A stretch of 64,000 nt of DNA from positions 32,001 to 96,000 of the forward strand of contig JBDRNC010000008.1 in assembly GCA_043811535.1 (NCBI GenBank). Reading direction: 5' to 3'. The notes beneath the pieces are model-generated. The model had not been told where the DNA came from. It did not search any database and saw only the letters and a program-made list of their open reading frames with translations. Source of the stretch: Elusimicrobiota bacterium (lineage in GTDB: Bacteria; Elusimicrobiota; Endomicrobiia; Endomicrobiales; JBDRNC01). The position numbers and the translations under genes were made by a program. Of the stretch, positions 1-10,625 are shown piece by piece. Position 1 is the first letter of the stretch, and every line of letters begins with the position of its first letter.

Positions 1-2
1 TC

Positions 3-437
3 GCCTGGGCGATAGCAGAATACTTCGGACTTTCAAAAAGAAATTTACATGGAACGCACCGGCAACAAGAGCCGCCAGGTTCCCCCGGCAGCGCCTACGG
101 GGAAAATCCTTCGCAACCCCGGGAATCCGACCCCTACGTATTGTTTGAAGCGCGGATGAATGAGGTATCCAACCAGCTCTCCGAACTGGGCAGGAGGCTA
201 TCCAACATAGAAAAGGGTTTGAACCAGAAGATCGCGCGCGACCAGACAATACCAGCCATGACAAACACCGCCGAAATGGAAAAATTCATACTGCGCATAG
301 AAAAACGGCTTGAGCTCCTGGCATCGGACAAGGGGCAGGTATCAGGCGACACGCTGTCCAAGCTGGAAGCGAAAATAGAAGGCATCCATAAACTGCTCAT
401 TGTGCTGACTGACGGCAGCAGTCCTGAAGAAAAATGA
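3..437 (+). CDS. Hypothetical coiled-coil protein, 5'-truncated by the window edge
   Basis: The frame of ORF 141..437 stays open back to position 3 (AWAIAEYFGLSKRN...); C-terminal part is heptad-like; stop overlaps next start (ATGA). Confidence 0.6.
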   Translation, partial: AWAIAEYFGLSKRNLHGTHRQQEPPGSPGSAYGENPSQPRESDPYVLFEARMNEVSNQLSELGRRLSNIEKGLNQKIARDQTIPAMTNTAEMEKFILRIEKRLELLASDKGQVSGDTLSKLEAKIEGIHKLLIVLTDGSSPEEK

Positions 438-901
438 ACCAAAAGAACCTGGTTTCACTTATAATCCTTGATGTAATCGTAATCGCTTTCGCGATAGGGT
501 TGATTGCCCTGCGCTACAAGTCCCTGACAAGCTACGAGCTGCAGCCGCTGTTCCAAACAACGGGTTCCACCGTGAAAGACGCCGTTCCTCAGGCAGGCAA
601 ACCCGCAAATACTTCGGTCGCGAAGAAGCAGGGGGAAGTGAAACTGCGGAATATCGGGTTCACGTTCAGGAATTCAAAAGTAAAAAAAGTCGCCATAATA
701 GGCAGTTTCAACAACTGGATACCGCAGGCGCTGGTTAAAGGCGAAAACCACACGTGGAAGATAAATCTTTCTCTGCCCCCCGGCGAATACGCGTATAACT
801 TTGTCGCCGACGGCAGGCCGTTGAAGGACCCCAATAACACAAAGGTCTGCAACGCCGGGCGCGGATTTACGAATTCATACTTGAAAATCGAGCCTAAATA
901 G
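434..901 (+). CDS. Membrane-anchored glycogen/carbohydrate-binding domain protein (CBM48/AMPK-beta-like)
   Basis: N-terminal TM helix; VAIIGSFNNW...W..LSLPPGEYAYNFVADG...DPNN is the AMPK1_CBM/E-set signature. Confidence 0.8.
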   Translation: MNQKNLVSLIILDVIVIAFAIGLIALRYKSLTSYELQPLFQTTGSTVKDAVPQAGKPANTSVAKKQGEVKLRNIGFTFRNSKVKKVAIIGSFNNWIPQALVKGENHTWKINLSLPPGEYAYNFVADGRPLKDPNNTKVCNAGRGFTNSYLKIEPK

Positions 902-904
902 CCA

Positions 905-2458
905 ATGAACAAAAAAACAACCCTATTCACCCTGATTCTCACGCTTGCATTCGCGTTTTTAACCGTGTCACCGGCAATCGCCGCGCTGTCCAAAAAAACG
1001 CTTGATAACGACCTCACTTACTACCGCAAAACGTCAAATGAACAGAAGCTTGACGCTAACGACCGCTATTACATACTGCTTAAGATAGAAGATAAATACA
1101 AAGGCACCAAAATAGACCTGGCGCCCCTGAAAAAAGAAATAGCCAAGCTGGAACTCGCGAAGAAAGATCCGGACGAAACCGCGGCAGGCATTGTTTCGGG
1201 CATTTCCGCGGAAGATACCGGTATGGATTCAAGGATCGCCATAACTGCCGGCGGCGTACAGCGCACCAATTATTTCATCATGCGCGATCCCGACCCGGCT
1301 GTCAAGCCGAAACTGATACTTGACCTCTACGGCGTGCAGGAAAAACTCAGCGATAAAGACAAGGACATCCAGGTCAACAGCGGCGCGTTTTCAAATGTCA
1401 GGGCCGGACAATTCCAGCAGGACCCCGAGAAAATAGTGCGCATAGTGGCCGAGTTCCGCGAAGAAAAACCGTATAAGATAAAGAACGAGCAGGACAAGTG
1501 GCTCATAATCGTTGAAAAGAGCAAGCAGGAACAGTCCGCTTTCGCCGCGGCGCCGCCTGTTACCGGGGCAGCCGTGACAGGATCAACGGATATCACTGCT
1601 TCCACGCAGGCAAAAAGCAATGCTCCTGTAAATTACACCATTGATACCGGCGACGTTCTGGGAATACTTGTTTACCCCGCCGAAGAACTCTCAAGAGAGA
1701 CCGTCGTCCAGATAGACGGAACGATAACGATGGCGCTGATAGGACAGATAGAAGCGAAAGGACAAACCACCAAAAAACTTGAAGATACTCTAATACAGAA
1801 ACTGGGCAAATACATATCAAACCCGCAGGTATCCGTCACGGTGAAGCAGTTCAGCAGGCGCCAGGTCTTCATCACGGGCGAGGTCCGCTCCGTGGGAGCG
1901 TACAGCTACAAAGAAAACATGCGCCTCATGGATTTCATCTCACAGGTCGGGGGATTCACGGATAACGCGAACCGCAGCGATATCAAGATATACAGGGGCC
2001 CCCCGACAAAAAGGCAGACAATCAAGGCGGACGTAGACGAACTCATCCGTTCCGGGGATTTTTCCAAGGATTTCGCTCTTGAACCGGGGGACATCATTGA
2101 AGTGCCCAAGGGAGCCAAAAAAGTCGCGGTTCTCGGCGACGTCAACAAACCGGGCTATTACGACTACAGGGAAAACCTGCGCATACTGGAACTTGTGTCG
2201 CTTTCGGGAGGCTTCACGGATTCGGCGAACATATCCAAAATCAACGTCATAAGAGACGCAGGCGGGAAAGACAGGAAAGTGATTAAAGTTGACCTTAAAA
2301 AAGTGCTTAACGGGAAAGAAAAGGATACCGAAATCCAGAGCGGCGATACTGTATATATTCCAAAGAAAGCCATGGCCTCGGGCAATTTGTTCTTGAATAC
2401 CATTTTGCCATGGCTTAGCCTGATTGTCCTGATAATCGCGATCCGCGGAGCAGTATAA
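905..2458 (+). CDS. Wza-like (OPX) polysaccharide export protein with N-terminal AMIN domain and SLBB repeats
   Basis: Signal peptide; AMIN-like KLILDLYG...VRAGQF...VRIVAEF; Poly_export YTIDTGDVLGILV...DGTITMALIG; two SLBB repeats (GEVRSVG, GDVNKPG); hydrophobic C-terminal helix. Confidence 0.85.
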   Translation: MNKKTTLFTLILTLAFAFLTVSPAIAALSKKTLDNDLTYYRKTSNEQKLDANDRYYILLKIEDKYKGTKIDLAPLKKEIAKLELAKKDPDETAAGIVSGISAEDTGMDSRIAITAGGVQRTNYFIMRDPDPAVKPKLILDLYGVQEKLSDKDKDIQVNSGAFSNVRAGQFQQDPEKIVRIVAEFREEKPYKIKNEQDKWLIIVEKSKQEQSAFAAAPPVTGAAVTGSTDITASTQAKSNAPVNYTIDTGDVLGILVYPAEELSRETVVQIDGTITMALIGQIEAKGQTTKKLEDTLIQKLGKYISNPQVSVTVKQFSRRQVFITGEVRSVGAYSYKENMRLMDFISQVGGFTDNANRSDIKIYRGPPTKRQTIKADVDELIRSGDFSKDFALEPGDIIEVPKGAKKVAVLGDVNKPGYYDYRENLRILELVSLSGGFTDSANISKINVIRDAGGKDRKVIKVDLKKVLNGKEKDTEIQSGDTVYIPKKAMASGNLFLNTILPWLSLIVLIIAIRGAV

Positions 2459-2605
2459 CAACATGACCGTATCTCGTTGTTCGTATGCCCTGACGGGTAC
2501 TTCGGTTTAATTGAACTATTGTAGGTCGTCTCGTATCTAGATAAAGTAGTTCAGCCATTAAGCCGTTTAACCATTTAGCATTGGTTTATTTTTTGGAGTT
2601 AAACT

Positions 2606-4501
2606 ATGGCTCAATATGAACTGAACCTGCACGACTACTGGCGCATCGTAAAGAAAAGGCGCTGGACCATACTTTTCACGCTTTCAGCCATTGTCGGCTC
2701 GGTTATGGTCTTCACAAAACTCCAGACGCCGGTTTACCAAGCGACCGCGACGGTCAAGGTTGAGCCGCAGATGGAAATAAGGGGCATTTCAACGGGCCAA
2801 TCCGACTGGGATTATTATACGGCGCTCAATACCGAAGTAAAGATAATAAAAAGCGCGCTAGTCGCGGAGCGCGCCGGCATCAAGCTCGGGCTTATCACTT
2901 CCGAAATGACCGAAACACAGAAAGAACCGATAATAGCCGCGATACAAGGGAAAATCAGCGCGGAAAGGGTCGGCGACACGAATCTTATCAATATTTCCGC
3001 GGCCTCGTCCAATCCTGCGGAAACCGCCAAACTCGCCAACGCAACTGCCAATGTTTATATAGAAAAAGGTATTGATGACAGGAGCAGAAGAGCCCGTGAA
3101 TTGCGCATATTCGTAGAACAGCAGCTGACGGAAGCAGAAACAAAATTAAAGAAAGCGGAAAACGACCTGAGATCTTATGGTGAATCGGCCGGCGCGAAAG
3201 GTATGGGTAATTTTCTCGCGACTCGCCTTCTTGACATGCAGACAAGAAGAACCGATCTTCTCAAGAAATACACCGAGCAGCATCCCGAAGTGAAGAAGAT
3301 GGACCAACAGATGAAAGACCTGGAAACTCAAATGCAGGCGATGCCCGCGGAAGAGCGCGAATACGCGCGGCTTGCACGAGAACTAAGAATAAACGAAGAG
3401 CTCTATGTTCTTCTTGCTAAGCGCTACAAGGAAGCCCAAATAAGCGAAGCCGACAGGGTCCAGTCCGCGTTTATCGTGACCCCCGCGATAGTGCCCGGAG
3501 CGCCGGTCAAGCCCAACAAGATGGTTAATCTCCTTGTGGGAATAGTGCTCGGGTTCATTATTGGATTCGTGCTGGCCCTGCTCATAGAAAACATGGATAC
3601 TTCCATCGGCACCATAGAAGACGTGGAAAAATTCCTGAGTTTGCCCGTTCTGGGAATCATCCCGCACATTGAACCCGACGCGAAATTCAAGACGCTTCTT
3701 GAAAAATCAGCCGGGCGAACCGAGCAGAAAGTCATCAACCTGAGGTCAAAACTCATTGTATACCATACCGTAAAATCGCCTTTTGTGGAGGCATATCATA
3801 CTTTGCGCACAAACCTGAAGTTCGCCCTACCTAAAGAAAAGGGGAATATTCTCGCTTTTGTCAGCGCAGGCATCAGCGAGGGAAAAACGATATCCGCCGC
3901 GAATTACGCGCTCGCGGCCGCGCAGAGCGGAATTAAAACCCTGCTGATTGAGGCCGACCTCAGAAGGCCCACCATACACAGGATTTTCGGTTTACCCAGG
4001 GATCCCGGATTTTCAGACTGCCTAATAGGCATGAAAAGATGGACCGAGGTGACCCGCGGCATGACCGATTTTGTTATGAGCGAGCTTTCTGCGGAAGTCA
4101 TAATCCAGTATCCGGGAATAGAGAACCTGGGCATCATCACGTCCGGCCCGATACCTCCGAACCCGATAGACATGTTTAATTCGCCGGAACTGCAGAAAAT
4201 TGTCTTTGAGATGAAGGAACAGTACGATCTCATCGTTCTCGACTGCCCGCCTGTCCTGCTTTTTGCCGATTCACTCATACTCGGCACGATAGCGACCGGA
4301 ACGATAATCGTCTATCAGGTGGGAAGGATGGCGCGCGGGGCGCTGAAGCGCGCCAAAGACACAATGCTGAACGTCAAGGTCCCTGTCCTCGGAGTCATAC
4401 TGAACGACATAACGGCAATAGAGATGGAACCTCACTACGGTTATTACCACAACTACAAGTACTACACGTCACCGGAAGAACCTAAAAAACCGCCATTATG
4501 A
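2606..4501 (+). CDS. wzc: Wzc-type polysaccharide co-polymerase / tyrosine autokinase
   Basis: Wzz N-terminus, PxxPxKP-TM, EAYHTLRTN, Walker A SEGKT, ADLRRP, LDCPP, C-terminal Tyr cluster HYGYYHNYKYY. Confidence 0.92.
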   Translation: MAQYELNLHDYWRIVKKRRWTILFTLSAIVGSVMVFTKLQTPVYQATATVKVEPQMEIRGISTGQSDWDYYTALNTEVKIIKSALVAERAGIKLGLITSEMTETQKEPIIAAIQGKISAERVGDTNLINISAASSNPAETAKLANATANVYIEKGIDDRSRRARELRIFVEQQLTEAETKLKKAENDLRSYGESAGAKGMGNFLATRLLDMQTRRTDLLKKYTEQHPEVKKMDQQMKDLETQMQAMPAEEREYARLARELRINEELYVLLAKRYKEAQISEADRVQSAFIVTPAIVPGAPVKPNKMVNLLVGIVLGFIIGFVLALLIENMDTSIGTIEDVEKFLSLPVLGIIPHIEPDAKFKTLLEKSAGRTEQKVINLRSKLIVYHTVKSPFVEAYHTLRTNLKFALPKEKGNILAFVSAGISEGKTISAANYALAAAQSGIKTLLIEADLRRPTIHRIFGLPRDPGFSDCLIGMKRWTEVTRGMTDFVMSELSAEVIIQYPGIENLGIITSGPIPPNPIDMFNSPELQKIVFEMKEQYDLIVLDCPPVLLFADSLILGTIATGTIIVYQVGRMARGALKRAKDTMLNVKVPVLGVILNDITAIEMEPHYGYYHNYKYYTSPEEPKKPPL

Positions 4502-5880
4502 ATTGGCGCTACCTATTACTCGTTCCTGTATTAACTATCCTCATACTCTACACGGGCAAATACATCACCACCGCGCCCCTGATAGTCGCATGGATAATTG
4601 TCTCGCTGACAGTAGGCATCATCACTTTCCTGAAACCCGGACAGGGCCTTATAGTGATGGTCTTTTCAATGCTTCTCTCTCCCGAATTGAAACTCGCGTC
4701 AATCCCGGGGCGCGATATAGTCGTGCGGATAGACGATATATTGATTATCGTAATTGCCATTGCCTGGCTTGCACACATAGCCATGGACAAGGAATGGAAA
4801 GGTTTCGTAAAAACGCCACTGGACCGCCCCCTGCTGGTATTACTGGTTATCTACGCGATAAGCACTACCAACGGCATAATATTCGGGAACCTGAATGCCG
4901 TTAAGTCGCTGTTTTACGTTCTGAAATATTTTGAATACTTCCTTCTTTACTGGATAACTGCCAACATTATCACCTCCCGTAATGACATACCGCGCTACCT
5001 TTACGCTGGGTTGATAACCAGCGCGGCAGTGACTCTATATGCCTACTCGCTGTTCGGGCAAACCTTGCGCGTTTACGGCCCGTTTGATATCTCGCGGACT
5101 CTTGCGGGAAAAGCTGGAGAAGCGGCATCCCTGGGAGGATATTTTCTAATCATACTGGGAGTTGTGCTCGCATTCTATATTATGAGCGAAAAACGCGGCT
5201 GGCTGTACCTGATTTTCTTTCTCTCCATACTGCCTCCCTTCATCCGCACGCTGTCCAGGGCAAGTTATACCTCTTTCGCGGTCATGATGGTTGCGGTTTT
5301 ATTCATAGCGCCCAAGAAGAAATTCATCCTCGCGTCGATGCTCGTAGCCGGCATAGTATTCTTTCCCATGATTGCCAGTAATTACTACGAGACAATGCTA
5401 AGCAGGATACAAGGCACTTTTCAAGGCAGAAGATTGTCGTCATACCAGCTGGGCGCTTATAATGTGGAGGTTGAACAATCCGCGGCCGCGCGCTTCAACA
5501 ATTGGAAAAAAGCCGCTAATGTATGGCTTGTCAGAAAGCCGTTTATCGGACACGGCGTCAGCGGTGTAGGGCTTGTGGACACGCAGTATCCCCTTCTGAT
5601 AGGGGAAATAGGCATATTGGGATTTCTCGCGTTTTTCTACGTGATAGGAAAAATATTCTGGTTCTCTTTCAAATCATTAAAGAATGCGGCGTCTTCCCGG
5701 ATCGATAAAACGCTGGCACTCGGGCTTATTACGGCGCTGATCGGGTTACTGGTTCAGGGAATAGCTGTGAATACCTTTATCATCGTAAGGATTATGGAAC
5801 CGTTCTGGTTCCTGACAGCGCTTGTTGTAGGGGTCCCTAAAGAGGACGCCCCTTCCGAGGCCTTGAATGCACACGCATAA
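4498..5880 (+). CDS. O-antigen ligase/Wzy polymerase family membrane protein
   Basis: Multi-TM; TLSRAS and SAAARF..W...PFIGHG...E.GILG motifs of Wzy_C family; lies between wzc and flippase. Confidence 0.8.
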   Translation: MNWRYLLLVPVLTILILYTGKYITTAPLIVAWIIVSLTVGIITFLKPGQGLIVMVFSMLLSPELKLASIPGRDIVVRIDDILIIVIAIAWLAHIAMDKEWKGFVKTPLDRPLLVLLVIYAISTTNGIIFGNLNAVKSLFYVLKYFEYFLLYWITANIITSRNDIPRYLYAGLITSAAVTLYAYSLFGQTLRVYGPFDISRTLAGKAGEAASLGGYFLIILGVVLAFYIMSEKRGWLYLIFFLSILPPFIRTLSRASYTSFAVMMVAVLFIAPKKKFILASMLVAGIVFFPMIASNYYETMLSRIQGTFQGRRLSSYQLGAYNVEVEQSAAARFNNWKKAANVWLVRKPFIGHGVSGVGLVDTQYPLLIGEIGILGFLAFFYVIGKIFWFSFKSLKNAASSRIDKTLALGLITALIGLLVQGIAVNTFIIVRIMEPFWFLTALVVGVPKEDAPSEALNAHA

Positions 5881-7321
5881 AAGCATAGCCAGGAATACTC
5901 TCGCCACAAATGCCTCTTCGGTGGTCAACCGCTTCATCGGACTGATTACTTCCGCGCTGCTCGCCCGCCAGTTAGGGACTGAAGCGTTCGGGCAAATCAC
6001 GCTATTCATAACTTTTTCCGCCATTTTCCTGAAAATAAGCGACTTTGGTATGCTTCAATACATTACAAGGGAGGTGGCCGCAAATATAAGCGATTCCGCC
6101 AGATGGCTTAGGCAAACGCTTATCCTGAAATCTCTGCTTTTAGGCGCCACAGCATTAATTATCGCGCTTGCTTTGTTTTTTGTGCACGTTTCAATCCCAA
6201 CTAAAATAATCATTCTCTGTTCGGTCTTTTTCGCTTTCGGAAAATCATATTATAACGTCGCCGACAGCTTTTACACGGCATGGGGGAAAGTCAATTATTC
6301 CGCTTTCTGGGAGTTCCTGTACGCCGCGTTAGTCCTCGCGTTAATATCAGTTCTGTATTTCCTGAAGATTCTTGGAATTAACAGCGCCGTTTTGATTTAT
6401 ACCGTGACTATCCTGATTATTGCCGCGATCTCGCTTTTTCATCTTAACTATAAATTCGTCCGTTTGAACAGCTTTCTGCCTGTTGAATTCAACTGGTCCA
6501 TCTTCACGAAAAGCTACCATTTCTTCGTAGCATCCCTTTCGGGAATAGTATTCCTTCAGGCCGACATACTCCTGCTCAGGTGGCTTCACGGCGCCGAGGC
6601 TACCGGATATTACGGCGCGGGACTGGCGCTGTATTCAGGGCTGGTCCTTCTGATCGCGAACATGTCCAGGGTCACGTTTCCTGTATTTTCAAAGTATTTC
6701 AAGGAATCCCTGGATGAATTCAAAAAAAACGCCGACAGGATACTTTGGTACATTTTAATACTCCTCTTTCCTCTTACGGCCGGGGGAATAGTCCTTTCCG
6801 GGCATATCATTACATTTATCTACGGGCACCAATTTGCGCCTGCCGCAATATCATTTTCTTTTCTATTGATTGCATTCTTATTCCATTTTCTGGGTTCTTT
6901 CCTGGTTATATTGCTGCAAAGCGGGCATCAGCAGGAATCCGCAGCTAAAATCAACCTTGTTGCCGTTTGCCTATCCGCTGTCATCGGAATACCGCTTATC
7001 TATATGTACAGCTATGTCGGAGCGTCCGTAATGCGAGTAGCAATTAATTTCTTTATTTGTATCGCATGTTTCATGGTTGTAAAAGGGAAAATAATAAAAA
7101 TATCCTTCAGTAATTCACTGTATAAACCTATAATTGCCACGCTCATCATGGCAATAATTCTCCTGTTATTAAGGGGAATGAATCTTATTCCTCTTCTTAT
7201 AATAGGCGTCGCATCATATTCAGCCGTAATATTGCTTCTTAAGACTTTTTCAAAAAACGAATATTCCTTTTTTGTTTCGCTGTTTATTCCTAAACGCACA
7301 TTTCAAGGGAGTGAGAAATGA
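5867..7321 (+). CDS. wzx: Wzx flippase
   Basis: SIARN...LARQLG.EAFG, DFG....REVA, D..LL....G.Y motifs; about 12-14 TM segments. Confidence 0.88.
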   Translation: MHTHKSIARNTLATNASSVVNRFIGLITSALLARQLGTEAFGQITLFITFSAIFLKISDFGMLQYITREVAANISDSARWLRQTLILKSLLLGATALIIALALFFVHVSIPTKIIILCSVFFAFGKSYYNVADSFYTAWGKVNYSAFWEFLYAALVLALISVLYFLKILGINSAVLIYTVTILIIAAISLFHLNYKFVRLNSFLPVEFNWSIFTKSYHFFVASLSGIVFLQADILLLRWLHGAEATGYYGAGLALYSGLVLLIANMSRVTFPVFSKYFKESLDEFKKNADRILWYILILLFPLTAGGIVLSGHIITFIYGHQFAPAAISFSFLLIAFLFHFLGSFLVILLQSGHQQESAAKINLVAVCLSAVIGIPLIYMYSYVGASVMRVAINFFICIACFMVVKGKIIKISFSNSLYKPIIATLIMAIILLLLRGMNLIPLLIIGVASYSAVILLLKTFSKNEYSFFVSLFIPKRTFQGSEK

Positions 7322-8052
7322 AACCCAGAATCGGCACATGTGTTGAGATATTCATGGAACCAAAGAACAGATTCATCTCATTTTTACTTAATTGTCTGCC
7401 GTTCGGACTTGGCAAAAAACTAATGCGCCATACACCCGAAGCTTTGGCGGATATGCTTTATGATTATAAGCCGTATATGTCGCCACGACTCGTCGAGCTT
7501 CCGTTCATATTCAAGAACATCGGCAATCCGCCTTCCAAGATACTCGATGCCGGATGCAATTGGAGCACTGTGGGGATACAGCTTGCATCCTTAGGACATA
7601 AAGTCTGGGGAGCAGACTTTAATGACTACCAGCTTAAGCACCCAAACTTTACATTTATAAAAACAGATATATGTAAAACCGCATTTGACGGCGATTTTTT
7701 TGATTACTTGATAAATATTTCAGTCATTGAACACATCGGGCTTGGCTATTACGGCGACCCGGTGTCTTCTGCTGATCATATTGCCGTGAAAGAATTCTTC
7801 CGCATTCTTAAACCAGGCGGCGCATTACTGCTTACAACACATTATGGAATGAAATTTGAAAACAAGTCATTTAGGATTTATGATAACTTTGGAATTCAGG
7901 AACTATTAAAGCCGTTTAAATCTATTAAAACCGAATACTTCCAAAAAACAGACAATAGCTGGATGCCTTGTCCGGAAGAAATCGCAACAAACCAAGGTTT
8001 AGACGAAAGAAACCGCCCGAACGGACTCATTTTAATAACGGCAAAAAAATAG
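7318..8052 (+). CDS. Class I SAM-dependent methyltransferase
   Basis: ILDAGC, ISVIEHIGLGYYGD, RILKPGG. Confidence 0.8.
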   Translation: MKPRIGTCVEIFMEPKNRFISFLLNCLPFGLGKKLMRHTPEALADMLYDYKPYMSPRLVELPFIFKNIGNPPSKILDAGCNWSTVGIQLASLGHKVWGADFNDYQLKHPNFTFIKTDICKTAFDGDFFDYLINISVIEHIGLGYYGDPVSSADHIAVKEFFRILKPGGALLLTTHYGMKFENKSFRIYDNFGIQELLKPFKSIKTEYFQKTDNSWMPCPEEIATNQGLDERNRPNGLILITAKK

Positions 8053-8053
8053 C

Positions 8054-9214
8054 ATGAAAATAACACTCGATTGCTCTTCATTATTATTTAAGTCCTGGTC
8101 CGGGGCTACCAGATATGTCCGCGAACTTACCGAACACCTGCTTACAATTGACGACAAAAATGATTATAATCTCTTTTTCTATATCTGGGAAAGCGGAAGA
8201 AGGAAACAATTAAATGTAATTAGGGATCAATTCAAGGATTACCATGCTTCTTTCAAGACAATGCTGATTCCACAGAGGGTCCTTGAGTTCATCTGGAATA
8301 ACATGGGGCTCAACATTGTACCTTTAGATGGTCTTATAGGGGATTCTGATGTATTCCATGCGACAGGGCCCCGCGTTCCAAATCTTAAAAAATCCAAATT
8401 GATAACAACAATTCATGACCTTACAAGAATACGCCTTACAGAGCAAATACCCGAAAACATACGTAGACACTTTATTTCTAAGGCAAAACACGCGATTGAA
8501 CGCTCAAATATTATATTGACCGATTCCGAGAATTCAAAAAAAGATCTCGTTGACTTGTTAAAAGTATCCGAAAATAAAGTACGAACCGTTCACCTGGGTA
8601 TTAACCGGATATTCCGGCAAATAAATGACCGCACCGCAATTGACGAATGCAAGATCAAACTCGGCATTGACAGCCCGTACTTATTCTGCGTGGCTACGAG
8701 CCTTGGCGGAAACAAAAATCTTCCCGCATTGCTCAGAACATTTAAAATCTTCAAGGATAAGTATAAAACCAACCATAAGCTTGTGGTAACCGGCGCAATT
8801 TTCAGCGATTTCGGCGAGATTGCCAAACTCGCAGATTCATTCGGGATTAAAGATAATATAGTCTTTACCGGCCATGTCTCTGATGATGATTTGGTGCGGT
8901 TATACAACGGTGCTGATGTCTTCGTTTTTCTCTCGTTATACGAAGGGTTCGGGCTTCCTGTCTTGGAAGCCATGGCATGCGGCCTGCCTGTTGTCTGTTC
9001 CAATACCTCTTCTCTTCCGGAGATCGCAGGCGACGCCGCGGTACTCCACAACCCGGACAACCACGACGCAGTCGCGGAATCCATATATAAAATATTGAAC
9101 GATACCGGTTATAGGCAGAATCTCATCGCAAATGGTTTGGAAAGAGCGAAACTATTTACCTGGGAACGATGCGCTCAAAATACCTTAAACGTCTATAAAG
9201 AATTTAGCCGTTGA
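8054..9214 (+). CDS. Glycosyltransferase family 4
   Basis: TIHDL, SLYEGFGLPVLEAMACG, FTWE. Confidence 0.9.
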   Translation: MKITLDCSSLLFKSWSGATRYVRELTEHLLTIDDKNDYNLFFYIWESGRRKQLNVIRDQFKDYHASFKTMLIPQRVLEFIWNNMGLNIVPLDGLIGDSDVFHATGPRVPNLKKSKLITTIHDLTRIRLTEQIPENIRRHFISKAKHAIERSNIILTDSENSKKDLVDLLKVSENKVRTVHLGINRIFRQINDRTAIDECKIKLGIDSPYLFCVATSLGGNKNLPALLRTFKIFKDKYKTNHKLVVTGAIFSDFGEIAKLADSFGIKDNIVFTGHVSDDDLVRLYNGADVFVFLSLYEGFGLPVLEAMACGLPVVCSNTSSLPEIAGDAAVLHNPDNHDAVAESIYKILNDTGYRQNLIANGLERAKLFTWERCAQNTLNVYKEFSR

Positions 9215-9239
9215 AATTCCATATTTGGAGGTTATATCA

Positions 9240-10619
9240 ATGAAACTCTCCGTAGTCATCCCGGTCTATAACGAAATTAACACGCTTACGGAAATATTGA
9301 AAAAAGTGCAGGCGGTGCGCCTAGAAAAAGAAATAGTAATAGTTGATGATTATTCCACTGACGGCACAAGGGAGATACTTGAAAAGATAAGTGAAAAGAA
9401 CATTAAAGTATTCTTCAACGACAAAAACAGGGGAAAGGGCTTTTCCATTCGCAGGGGCTTTGAGCATGTCACGGGCGACATAGTCATCATCCAGGACGCC
9501 GACCTTGAATATTACCCCGATGAATACCCTCAGCTGCTTCAGAAGATCATCGAAGGCAAGGCCGATGTGGTTTATGGTACCAGGTTCCTCGGTGCAAGAA
9601 GGGTTTTTCATTTCTATCATTACCTGGGCAACATCTTCCTTAATACCATCGCGAATTTTCTTTACAATACGAATTTAAGCGATATGATGACCTGTTACAA
9701 GGCATTCGGTATAAACGTGCTACGCAAGCTTAAACTCAGGGCGGACGGTTTCGGGATTGAAGCCGAGATGACCGCGCAGATATTTAAAAGAAGATTGAGG
9801 GTATATGAAGTACCCATTTCTTACGACGGCAGGGATTTTGACGAAGGGAAAAAGATATCCTGGAAAGATTTCTTCAGGTCGCTTTACTGGCTGGTGCGCT
9901 GCAAATTTGAGACCTACGACGTGGGCGAAGATACGCTTTACAGGATGAGATTGATGAAAAACAACAACAAGTGGGCTTTTGATACTATTAAGCCTTTTCT
10001 GGGGAAACGCGTGCTCGAGATCGGTTCCGGGATAGGCAACATCTCTAAATTTCTTGCAGTTGATAAAAACAACCTTGTGGCGCTCACTGATATTAATGAG
10101 AACTATTTGGATTATCTCCGGCACAGATTCGTCGGGAATCCAAAAATAAATGTTTTTAATTGGGATGCATCTCACCCCCCGGCGACAGAACTAAAGCGGC
10201 TGAATATTGATACCGTTTTATGCATAAATGTCCTTGAACATATCGAAGATGACGGAGGGGTACTGGATAATATCCGGAATCTGATGACGGAAGACGGCAG
10301 GCTGATACTTATCGTGCCGTCCCTCAAAGCGCTTTACGGTTCCCTTGACGAAAAATTATGCCACCACAGAAGGTATGATAAAAAAGAGTTAATACAAAAA
10401 CTGCAAGAGCGCGGTTATGTCATCGAAAACATCAAATACCATAATATACTGTCCGTTCCTGGCTGGTTCGTGAATAGCCGGATACTGAAGAGTAAATTGA
10501 TGAGCAGTTTTCAAATTAAACTTTTTGACAGATTAATACCTTTTATATCGGTTATTGAAAAAACCGTCAAAATCCCGTTTGGGATGTCTTTAATAGCGAT
10601 TTGCAGGAAGAAATCTTAG
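9240..10619 (+). CDS. GT2 (polyprenol-phosphate glycosyltransferase-like) fused to class I SAM methyltransferase
   Basis: SVVIPVYNE, VDDYSTDGT, QDADLEY in N-half; VLEIGSGIG, NVLEHIEDD, H.RRY in C-half; start moved to ATG 9240 behind GGAGG. Confidence 0.88.
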   Translation: MKLSVVIPVYNEINTLTEILKKVQAVRLEKEIVIVDDYSTDGTREILEKISEKNIKVFFNDKNRGKGFSIRRGFEHVTGDIVIIQDADLEYYPDEYPQLLQKIIEGKADVVYGTRFLGARRVFHFYHYLGNIFLNTIANFLYNTNLSDMMTCYKAFGINVLRKLKLRADGFGIEAEMTAQIFKRRLRVYEVPISYDGRDFDEGKKISWKDFFRSLYWLVRCKFETYDVGEDTLYRMRLMKNNNKWAFDTIKPFLGKRVLEIGSGIGNISKFLAVDKNNLVALTDINENYLDYLRHRFVGNPKINVFNWDASHPPATELKRLNIDTVLCINVLEHIEDDGGVLDNIRNLMTEDGRLILIVPSLKALYGSLDEKLCHHRRYDKKELIQKLQERGYVIENIKYHNILSVPGWFVNSRILKSKLMSSFQIKLFDRLIPFISVIEKTVKIPFGMSLIAICRKKS

Positions 10620-10625
10620 AGAAAT

